Of a stretch of DNA of 64,000 bases, positions 38,559 to 49,333 are shown in pieces. The translations under genes and the position numbers were made by a program. The notes below the pieces were generated by a model. That model saw only the letters and a list, made by a program, of their open reading frames with translations. It was not told the DNA's origin and made no database searches. The DNA comes from Kudoa neothunni (taxonomy: Eukaryota; Animalia; Cnidaria), in contig OZ199840.1 in the NCBI GenBank assembly GCA_964304625.1, positions 4,192,490-4,256,489 on the forward strand. Reading direction: 5' to 3'. The first letter of the stretch is position 1. The number at the start of each line of letters is the position of its first letter.

Positions 38559-40387
38559 TTATTTGTCCAAATGGTTACAATAATCAATAAATTTCCCCAC
38601 ATCGAACTTCTTGCAGTATCCCTCGTAAGACATGTAACGTAGGGTTCCGTAGATGGGACGTTCCCTCCAAGGTCTATCATGCACAGCAATAAGCGAATAA
38701 AGACAACCTAGGTTTGAAAAAATATAGATTTATTTTTACCACGATTATAATAGTATTTGGTTTACCGACAATATGTTCAGGATCAAATCCTCCAAGGTAA
38801 TATTTACTAGACAGCCTGCATAAACGATATCATGAGCTTGTTTTGGAGTACTAGTCCATTCGATAGGTTTTTTAGCCCAATAGTATCTTAGGAAACGATT
38901 GATTTTTTCCAGTTTCAATTAGCTTTTTTCTTTTAAATGTAATTTTTAAAGAAAAGAACAAATTAAATACTGTGATAGCATTCCAAAGAGGGTCACGAGT
39001 AGCGCACTGCTCAAGCTGGTCTATGGAATAGATATACTTTCTTGGGTCTTCACGATGTTTGTCTAACGATTTAATGGCCCAATTAGGGCCCCAGTAATGG
39101 GTATCCACTGTGTTGTCAGAGTAATTAAAAAAATTGTCAGCTAGCTCCCCCTCCTGGTCATTGTGTCCTCCACGAAAGCTCCAACAACTGCTGGAAGTTC
39201 ATCTCGATAAGGTAACACTTGAAGCACCACTCTCTGAATCGCCAATATGCCTTCACGCATTTTTAAGGTCAAATAAAAACATAAATAAAAAAGTGTTGTT
39301 ACCAAAATTGATCCAGGGAGAGAGTTCATATTCGTTTAGGCTGCATGGATCATTTCTATCGCTTTCGTAGTTTTTAAGTTTGTATTTCAAAAACGATTCC
39401 AAACACTTAACTGCAAAGCTATATCCTCCTCTAATGGATTCCCATTTAATTTCGTATTTCTTTATATTGTCAATGTATTCTGTTTCCAAATGAACACATT
39501 GGTTTTCGACTGTATCCCGCTAAAACAAGGCATATTCCCCGAAACTATACACATATTTACATTATAATCATTTTTATTGTTGTGTAAATGTCTAACAACG
39601 GGAGGGAATTCAGTCAAAAAGGTTGGTAATAGAGCTTTTGCTTTGGCACGATATGTTCGAGCGTTATATTCAACTTTATCGGAAGCTTTCCAATAAGGAA
39701 TAACGTTATGGGCATCAACCTTTATTAGATTTTTTTGTTTACATTCTTTACAATAATAAAAACCTGATAAACTGATATGCGTTTATCTATTGAAGATAGC
39801 AACCCTTGCAAGGTTTCTTCATATTCAGAAGTTGGCATACAATCGATAACAATATTAGACACTTTTTGTTTTTTGTCTTCAGACACCTTACAATGCTTTA
39901 TTAATTTCTCCACGTAATCACCACTATCAACATAGAATGGGATGTTTAATTGCATAAGCTCCTATGAAACAGTGTAATATCATCGGTTGATACCATATTT
40001 GACATACACATTGTATCTCCCTTAGGGCATCACATATAAATGGAATATGACGGAAGTGATATCTCTTACAGCTTACGTTAATCGAAGTAAACACTCCAAA
40101 CTTCATTTGGAATTTGTTTGCGATCTCTTGTGAATATATCATTGCCCAATTATCTATTTTAATAGGTATGAAAATTTCCTTATTAGTAACCCCCTACCTT
40201 GAACCCTGAAATCACGATACATGCAATAGAGGACCATTCCTTGAACGGTTGCTTCTCCCTGTCTTAACAGCCTAATTCGAGAGGTGTTGCATTTGAAATT
40301 GGAGTTGAGTGTGATGAATTTTTGCCGTTTGGCAGCATATTCGTCTTCGCTGGCTTTTGAAGAATTCTCATTTCTACGTTCACGCAT
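38559..40387 (-). CDS. Class II CPD photolyase; frameshifted in this assembly (possible pseudogene)
   Basis: [12 protein letters not shown]|DNWAMIYSQ; [19 protein letters not shown]; YESDRNDP; LSPWINFG; RRELADNF (after a shift); TRDPLWNA; [12 protein letters not shown]; [20 protein letters not shown]...KKFDV. Three or four indels between 38820 and 39151. Confidence 0.9.
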
Positions 40388-41773
40388 AATTATAAGTATT
40401 CAAAATATTGAACTATAGCTATATTATTCTTAAATCAGTTTTATGATCGACCGAATCCGCCTATTAGCCGATTTCTCAATACTCTGTAGGCAGTTAATAA
40501 GGAGGATTTAAAAACCACATCTTTCATTCATCAATAAATTGAATAACAACATTGATTTCTGTATGGGATCACGATGTGCTGATGTGTAGGAGCATCTTCA
40601 ATCTTTTGGGCTTTTTTTGGTCTTCTAAGCAACACTAATTTAGACTGTCTGGGAGTATAATTGAGTTGTAGTGACCTTTGAATTTTATTTCTTCTTTTTT
40701 ATTTGACCCAAATTTATCAAATCTATCCTAAAAATTTCTGAGGAAAAATTAAACGACTTCATTATTAATTCCTTTTCTTTCTTAAAAAGTTACGCTTTGG
40801 GAAGAATTTATCATATTTATCACACGTGTCTTGGTTTGACCTAACTACACAAATTTTCACATTTATCGATGAATGAATCATCAGAATTAATTGGCACTCA
40901 ATTATTTTTATGAACGTGGTGGTTAGATTCTTTCAAGTTAACATGATCTGATACACCAGTATCAATACTAGGATTATTATCACTTCATTGCATAATTGGA
41001 TACTCGGGGTAAAAATTAAGATTTTTATGATTGCGCACGTACATACAATAAAAATTTGTTCAATTTCTACACTTTATAATTATTCAAGTACATTTTAATT
41101 TAGGAAATCAATATGTTAAATCGAACATCTTTTATATATTTAAAAAAAACCTGACGTCCAAATGAGTCCTCGTCAAATTTCAATAGAGGAAGTTTGTCAT
41201 TAAAATTATTAGGTCACTCTAAAAATAGAAGAAATCTACTTTACCATCGATACACATGTCTCAAAATACTAATAGAAACTTAAATCCTGCATATTATTGA
41301 ACAAATGAGAAAACTGGGTGACCACTTCATGGTAAAAAAATGGACCCGATATACATAGAGGGTAAATAATTTCTTTAACAAAAACTATAACAGAAAAGCT
41401 TTCTTAGTCCATCTTATCAAAAGATAACTTTTACCATCGTCTATTATAAACCAAAGCTTTATTATAACACATTTCGAAACTACTAATTTATAATACTGAT
41501 ATATCCTAGTGGCGTAGAAACGAAAAAGTATTTAATCGCTACATTATTTGAATCGTCTTTCACAGTTAAATGCAAAAATTTGAAAATAACAACATTCTCT
41601 AAACCCATCATCAGCAGCTATCAATTTGTGTTGTTACGCTATTTAAAATCAAAGTCCGAGTGTAAAAGCTTAATAGTTAATATTTTACCAATGAATAATG
41701 ATGTTTTGCCGGCCCCAATTTGTGGCTTATAGCTCGTCTAGTGAGCTATTTACAATTCTTCTATGTATTGAGG

Positions 41774-42778
41774 ATGTTTCGTGGTAGTTGTGAACCGGAC
41801 AAAAATAGGAATGCATTTCATGCGACTTTTCTTGCATTTGGATGCCTGAGTGCTTTGTTCAATTTTGGCATATTTCTGTTGGTCTGTTATTTCCTCAAAA
41901 GACATAAACACTTCCGTACTCCCTGCAATATAATACTATGGGGAATATTTCTCTCGAATTCACTGGTGAATTTGGTGGCTTTTCCTATCAGAGGAGTTGG
42001 AGCGTATTGTAATGTACACACTTTTGCTTCCTGCCAATTTTCGATAGCTATAACAAGATTCTCAGGGAATATTTCCTCTGGATTGCTACTGATGTTGACT
42101 ATTGAACGCTGCACTAAAATAGCGTTCAATCGAAATTATCGCAAGTTGTTCTCCAGAAAAAGAACCAAAATTGGAATATTGTGTACGTATGTTGGTAGTT
42201 TCGTGTTGTCTTGTTTGGCCGAGCTGAATTGGCACTCTATACTAAATTTTCCTGGAAATGTTATCTATAGAAAATGTTTTTACACGATGTTATTCCCCGA
42301 TTCATATGGAATATTTGTGGAACTTTGCCTTCAAGTAGCCCCTCTCATGGTCACGTTTATCTTACATGGGTTTCTTTTTTTCTACGTGAGGAAAAATCTG
42401 ATAGATTTTTCGTCAACACCCAATTATGCTAGGGATAGCCTAATCACCAATACAAGTAGACATCTTCGAGGAAGAAAGACTCGTGTTGAAATTAAATTAG
42501 CAATCAGCGCTTTTATGCTGTGTGGTGTGTATGCGATCTTTGTATTCCCAATAGTGGTGGTGGATTTAATACAAATGTTTGAGGGAGCACTTCATTATTC
42601 AACTAGGACTGTTATTCCTGACTTGGCGCTACAGTTTGCTATTGGTATGGTCATATTGTATCCTTCGATCGAGGGATTAGTACTACTGTTTACCAACCCT
42701 TCTGTATTCAAATATGTGTATGCTTTTGTACTCCAGCAGCAACCATACGAGTCAACTACCTCTTACTCGCAAACCTAA
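41774..42778 (+). CDS. Orphan class A (rhodopsin-like) GPCR, single exon
   Basis: Seven hydrophobic segments; RTPCNIIL in ICL1/TM2; Cys at the top of TM3 (ASCQF) and in ECL2 (RKCF); ERC at the DRY position; Pro in TM5 and TM6. The ORF is open from 41720 and the first in-frame ATG is 41774. Confidence 0.88.
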   Translation: MFRGSCEPDKNRNAFHATFLAFGCLSALFNFGIFLLVCYFLKRHKHFRTPCNIILWGIFLSNSLVNLVAFPIRGVGAYCNVHTFASCQFSIAITRFSGNISSGLLLMLTIERCTKIAFNRNYRKLFSRKRTKIGILCTYVGSFVLSCLAELNWHSILNFPGNVIYRKCFYTMLFPDSYGIFVELCLQVAPLMVTFILHGFLFFYVRKNLIDFSSTPNYARDSLITNTSRHLRGRKTRVEIKLAISAFMLCGVYAIFVFPIVVVDLIQMFEGALHYSTRTVIPDLALQFAIGMVILYPSIEGLVLLFTNPSVFKYVYAFVLQQQPYESTTSYSQT

Positions 42779-43199
42779 TAGACTTGTAGATTGTTGTAGT
42801 CATTTTTATGTTTATTGGCAACCAATTTTTATCCAGTTTTTTGCCTTAATATAGTTTTTGTTCGTGTTTCATATCTTGGGTTCAACCAATCTAATAGAGG
42901 GTTCAATATGGTGAGAGTTTTATATTTATCCAAATAAGCTTTTGCCATTCGACGTATCATTCTGATAAATCTAATTGTTATGCCAAGCATTAATTAAAAA
43001 TCGTAAAGATAACTTGTTGCCACATCGACACTTTAACTATGATTTTAATATAAATCTAGACGATAATTCCCGAAAAGTGGAAGTAGTTCTGTTACAAAAG
43101 AAAACTTGCTCGGTAATAAAAAATTCAACAAATTATAGAGTTAAATTTACTAATAGAATATTAGGATCTAATTTTTATTCAAGCTAATTTTGTGTGGAG

Positions 43200-44608
43200 A
43201 TGGGAGATAATGATACAGCGCAAAATTCCAATTACCTGGGTCATATAGGACTGGGTGATTTTTGACCTGGTAAAGTATATTAATTTTTCAGTTAGGCTGC
43301 GCTTCGTTTGGAGATGTTTATCAGCGCAAAATGACACAAAGTCAATGCGACACAATGATAGAAATGTCTTACAATAATGGAATAAGATTTTTTGATACTG
43401 CTCCATGGTATGGAGGGGGATTATCGGAGGAGAGATTGGGAAATGTATCTAGTTGATCGCGTTACTATTATTTTAATTAGTTAATTTAAGGCAATTAAAC
43501 AAGTTGGAATTCCTCGAGAAAAGATTTTCTTATCAACAAAAGTTTGTCGTTACATATCAGGCCCCATGTTTGATTATTCCAGTGAGAAAATTGGCCAAAG
43601 TCTCGAAAAAAGTTTACAGCTACTCCAAACTGACTATGTGGATCTCTTAATTGCTCATGATGTAGAATTTTCTGAGGATTCTCATTTCATTTCATCTCAA
43701 GTACTACCCTATCTACAACAGGTAAAATCCACCAAAAACTCAACCTTACTTTATTAGTATTTAACTTAAAACATTATTTAGTTAAAAAATAGAAACATAA
43801 CAAAGAATATTGGTATAAGCGGATATAATTTGGAATTTTTAAAAAGCGTGGTGGAAAGCAGCTCAATCCCTATCGACTACGTAATGACTTACGCGAGATA
43901 CACAGTCATTGACACATCTCTAAAAAATTATTACGGCATTTTTCAAGTGAGTTACTTCTCAACCGATAAATAATCTTATGTATGAGTTATAATCATTGTT
44001 AACATATTTAATATGTTTATTATAATCAAAAATTAGTATTTTGTTGGTTTTTAATGGATTTAAATAAAAAAACTTTATAAAAACAAGATCAGCCAGAAAT
44101 ATGTCATGGAATACATAAATTAATTTTTTATTTTCTAGAAATTCAAAGTCAAAATAATTTTAGCATCATTAACAGGCATGGGATTATTGACCGAACAAGG
44201 CCCTCCTCCCTGGCACCCAGCTCCCAAGCATCTCAAAGAGATTTGTCTTAAAATCTCTAATTATTGTAAAGTAAGATCAAAAAAATACAAAGTGTGAATC
44301 GAATAAATAATTTTTAGCATTCCAATCAAGATATTTCTGATATTTGTTATAGTTACGTGTTTGGCACATCCTTTGGAATCGTCGATTATTTCCTCCTTGG
44401 AACCTCAACACCCCAAGAACTTACCGCCACATTGCACGCCTTAAACGCCTCAATACTCGAGCCAGATTACTATTCTAAAGAGTTAAAATACATAGTAGAT
44501 CAGTATTTTACATATTTTGTGATTAGTCTTACTTTTATTAGAATTTTGGATGGAAAACAAGATTACAATTGGGAGAACTTGGAACTAGTCAAATATAAAA
44601 AATCATGA
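43200..44608 (+). CDS. Aldo-keto reductase, L-galactose / D-arabinose dehydrogenase-like subfamily
   Basis: IGLG|CASFGDVY; FFDTAPWYGGGLSEERLG; IPREKIFLSTKVCRY; FDYS; LQTDYVDLLIAHDVEF; MGLLTEQGPPPWHPA. The catalytic D/Y/K/H tetrad is present. Confidence 0.9.
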
Positions 44609-45356
44609 AAAGGTCTGTTTAAGACTAAATGTTTAATAGGGAGACATTAATTTTTCTAAGATGTCCAATAAAAATTTGTTGTTTATTATAATAGATTTTT
44701 TCTCTATCTTCGCTTACAAATACCTTCTTGCTTTCCCTATCTATTTACAAATATGAGTATAAACACGAATCCTCTCACGTAGAAATGATTTTTTTCATTT
44801 CATTTCACTTCAATTACAATATATATACAGAGTTACTTATTACAACACAAATAATTAAACTATTAAAACAAAACATTGTCATTGTGGACAGTTGATTTTC
44901 TATAGATAATACAATATTAATTATATATTAATAAATAAAAAAATTTAATTTATATAGTTCAAAAAATTAAGTTTTAATAATATGATTAGAACTATTATCA
45001 CAGATATTAAAAAATGATTATGCTCCCAGAACAGAAAGATTTTAATATCATATTTTGAAGATAATTATCAGTTCGTCTAAATACGTGGCTGAAAAATGTT
45101 GTTTATATATTTTAATATAATAAAAAAAGCGTTCATCTAAATTATTACATATTTTGAAAATAGATCCGTAAAGATTTATAATTTTTTAAGTTCATTAATT
45201 TTTACTATTGTAATATTTCATGTTTGTATTATATTTTTTAACAATGTTAGAATAAACTATCATTTTTTTAATAAAAACATATCCTAATAATTTTGAAGTT
45301 AATAATAAAATATGTTTAATCTCTTTTAATGCAAACCTACAATAAATATAATGTGG

Positions 45357-45872
45357 TAGCGCTTCCAAACTCAAATCGGACTCGAAAGTCCTTTCGATAA
45401 GAAAACAAAGTCCACTTGTTCACTATATATTTTCTATTATAAAAAAGACGCAACTCACTCCAAATGTTGTAGGTAATTAATCATACCTGTAATATAGAAC
45501 TAGCTCAAAGAATTAAGTAAAAATAATTAATTTTATGATTTAAGTGTAATTTTCATATTAAAATATTTGTCAAGGAAAATATTATTTCCTTATATTATAT
45601 TGTATTTATAGTCAAGCTAATTTGTAAGTTAATTAAACGATAAAAAAATTTCATTCATTAATTTGTTGAATTCAACACGTTTCTTAGAATATTTCTGCAT
45701 CATATTAAAAAAATGAAAACTGACTAAACTAGGAACAATAAAAATTTATTTATTATGATTTACACCTTGGAAAATCGATAATTGACTTAAAAAAATTTTC
45801 AAAAATTATGTCAAATTGTGATCCAATGTCGCACCCACTAATTTTTTGGGGATTCCAAGTTAGGAGACGCTG
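45357..45872. mobile_element. Possible hAT-type MITE remnant
   Basis: Left TAGCGCTTCCAAACT and right AGTTAGGAGACGCTG resemble Buster-type TIRs. No TSD match. Confidence 0.3.
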
Positions 45873-46984
45873 CGATATGTAATAAAAAAAATTTACGTTT
45901 GGTTTTGGAGGCCAAAAAATGAATATAAACTATAAACCACTTTAAAATAATGCAAATGTGATTGATAGCTGAAAAATATTTCCTTTAAATTATGTTTACA
46001 TTTAACGCTAACAATAATTTGTCTGTTAACTTTATTACTAAGTATTTCGTTTAACTTATTTTCCTATAATACATTCATGTTCAACCAAATTATGATATTA
46101 AATTTATTTCAGATATTTTCTATTATAATCAAATATGAAAAGAGTATATTTAAAAAATTAAGCAGACTATTTGTTTAGCTGATAATTATTAATCAAGACA
46201 TTAGAAATAAATTAAGAAATGAAACTTCACATAATTCCTGCATCATTTGAATGAGAAAATGATTATATTTTTAATTAAAATTGTAAAATTATCTATTTAT
46301 GGAATCATAATGGATCCTTAATTTTAAAATTATAAAAACTTTTTCGTGCGCATGCGTTTTAGATAAAATAGCTAAATGGAGAACGGCGATACTTACTCAT
46401 CAGAATTGATTTTTAAAGTGTTTTAGCGCTGCATAATTTTAGTTAGATCGTAAATTAGGTCCCTGATAACGAATACAAACCACCGGTATTTAAAAGCTTG
46501 AAACAGATGTGTAATCAGGCCAAAATTGAATCCGACTCCAATAACCAATACTGTGAACTACGTGAAAATCATAACTAGTCATTTAATTACTAATTAGATG
46601 AGTCAATACGAGATGTTCGTGCTTTTAGACGAGATATGAAAGTTTGCGATTTGTCGGGACGAAAAGTGTGACCTCTTTTTTTGGGGTAGGTTTGTATTTT
46701 TTATTAATACTTCACTTTTAGCCATTATATCTGGACCCCAACACCAACCTATACTACAGAGACACAGAAGAATATCGTCAACTACAACGCCTGGATTCAT
46801 TGCTTGTGAATAGTTATTTGGCTATGAGATCGGTGGACGATGATTACAACATATAAATCTCATATTAGATAGATATATATATTTTTGTGCGTTTAAAGAA
46901 AATCGAAAAAATTATAAACTGTAATAAATAACTATATATGCCGAGTGAGGGTGGGTTGAGTTTTAACAATAAACACAGACCAAA

Positions 46985-48473
46985 CTAATAAAGACCATAT
47001 TCCTTGAGACTGTTTTTGATTATTGTGTCTGTGACGGCTCCAAATACAAACTTCACACTTTCTGTGTCTGTAGCGCATGTAAAATGAACATAAATTTCTC
47101 GGCGTGGATCTTTTGATCTGGATGTGAATTTGTTTTTAACATATTCGGATGCTTGTTCGTAGATATTTGCACCTAAAAAATAATGTTGGTGGTTTAAAAA
47201 TTTAACATTCTGACAAAAAAAAAATAAACACGGAAGAATAATGTAGGGGAATTTATTAGTTGTCGAATTACCTGTGTATTCTGGAAAACACAATGTCAAT
47301 GGATATTTATTTATTTTCTCTGCGAATATATCTCGTTTGTTTAAAAACAGTATAACCGATGTTTCTTTGAACCATGGACTTTTACACGTGGATTCGAATA
47401 GATTTAAACTTTCAGTCATTCGATTCTTGAAATAGAAACTTATATCGCAACAACGTGGTCTCAATTACGGTTGTTTCGTCCTCCAACAGCATCATGTTGT
47501 AGTCGGACAGCGATGCTACAAAGATGAGTCCTGTGACTCCCTCAAAACAATGGATCCATTTGCGTCTTTCCGAACGTTGGCCACCCACGTCATACATCCT
47601 AAACGATGAATTTCAGTTGCAGATTTAAAAAATATATTCGTATTTACTTGAATGTGTATTCTTTGGTGAGAAAAACACTTTCCACAATACCGCTTGTTTT
47701 GACTCTCGCCAGCAGTACATCATTTTCTGTGGGTACATAATCTTCCGCACTTACTCGTTCCATTGAGTACAGAAATCTAAAGGCAGTACAATATATGAAG
47801 TAGCTTAATAGTCTGATTTTGTAAATAATTACTCTTTTGTACTTTGGTTAACCTGATGGGTTTCCACCTCATCTGCCATACTAATCAAAATTTTGTCGGA
47901 CCATAAAATTCTAATTTGGTCCCACATTGGGGCGTTTATTTGGCCGAGTTTTTCGTTGTTTTCCAGCATTTGAGTTAATGTCGTTATTGCCTTAGTGAAT
48001 ATTTAGTACATTAGGATGTAGCACAACAAATTAAGTGTCACTGTGGAAACATCTGTATTGGATGGGGAATATTTGTGGGAGGCACACACCTCCAATAGTG
48101 CCTTCAAAAATTTCCAAATATTCTCATAGATAACATTTTTAAATTTGATAAGTTCCTCTTTGGTATAACCATTGTTGTGTATAATTCTAGTAGAAAGAGA
48201 TGTGATTATCGGCTAGGAATTCTCATATAATAACTTCATTTGTTTTGCGATTGTGCTTTTGCCGGATTCTCCAGCGCCTATTTGAGTGAAAATAAAATCC
48301 AAATTGTTGACATTAAAATAACACAAAATTCAATTACCAAGTAATAAAAGCTTAATTTCGAGAACCTTGTCGGCAGCATCCATTTTTAGTTGCTTCTCAA
48401 TCTCTAAATTTTTCTTTTTGGCCAGCTTCTTCTCGAATCCTTCACTGGTGTTGCTTGACGATATACATCCCAT
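46985..48473 (-). CDS. Heterotrimeric G protein alpha subunit, Gi/o-like
   Basis: MGCISS (myristoylation/palmitoylation); IKLLLLG|[14 protein letters not shown]|IIH; [14 protein letters not shown]; [20 protein letters not shown]; ILFLNKRD; HFTCATDT; ends [10 protein letters not shown]. Confidence 0.95.
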
Positions 48474-48613
48474 GCCTTGGTTTAAATTTAGCAGTTCGTC
48501 CTTTAATACTATTATAGATACCGATTATTCATTTGACGACCTCTTGGTGACAAAACTGTTACGCTGCTTTTCAATTGGGCTAGCATTTGTTTGGCTAAAA
48601 TAATAATGCTCGG

Positions 48614-48634
48614 TCTCTCTCTCTCTCTCTCTCT
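48614..48634. repeat. (TC)10 / (GA)10 microsatellite upstream of the G-alpha start codon
   Basis: Read directly; ~140 bp 5' of the G-alpha ATG. Confidence 0.9.
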
Positions 48635-49333
48635 AATTGTATGTATTCTTCTTAATAACCCTTACTGATCAGCTATACTATTAGACTTGTTCCATTTTTA
48701 TTAAATTTCTTTGGTTGTGTTTTTATGGTCTTAAATTTATTCCTGCATTCCAACAAAAACCCTCAACTTATAAATATACAATTCTCTATATCATTATAAA
48801 TCAAAATTTTTAAAAGATATTAAATATCGATTACTATGCTGAACCATCTTATCTAAGTTACTCATTAGATTTTTACGCTGTAGATTTTGATATTGTTATA
48901 ATCTTAATAATCTAATCTATGATAAGTTAGTTTTAAATCTATTGCGTCAAAAATACAACTCATTCAGTACATTATTTATACAAAAATAATTTGGGCATTT
49001 AAATTTCATATTTTATATTCTCTTAGATTTCTTTCAATTTCCACACCTATTATTTACATATAGGACGGTGGCAGGACTAATTTTATTTTTAATGAATATA
49101 TAAAAATTCAATTTGGAAAATTTTAGTATTATATAAAGCACTGGGATGTATTATATGGTCCAATTAGAATATATCTCAACAATTTTTATCTCAAAAATTA
49201 TAATTTTATCTTATTTAAGTGATAAAGGGTTTGTTTGAGTCTAATTGACTCAGTGATATTTTATTCGATATTATAAACAGGCTGTTATCAATCAATAACA
49301 CTAAATGTAGAACATAGACAAATTGGAGTTAAG

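Noticed and set aside
31095-39155. Programmed ribosomal frameshifting or an alternative genetic code as a general explanation for the frame breaks
   Set aside because: The breaks sit in homopolymer runs and need different shift sizes, and restoring run length recovers conserved residues (for example RRELADNF). Other genes splice and terminate normally with the standard code.
38559-48473. Light-sensing cluster (photolyase + opsin + transducin-like G-alpha)
   Set aside because: TM7 of the GPCR (FAIGMVILYPSIEGLVLL) has no retinal-binding Lys, so it is not an opsin, and the flavoprotein is a class II photolyase rather than a cryptochrome.
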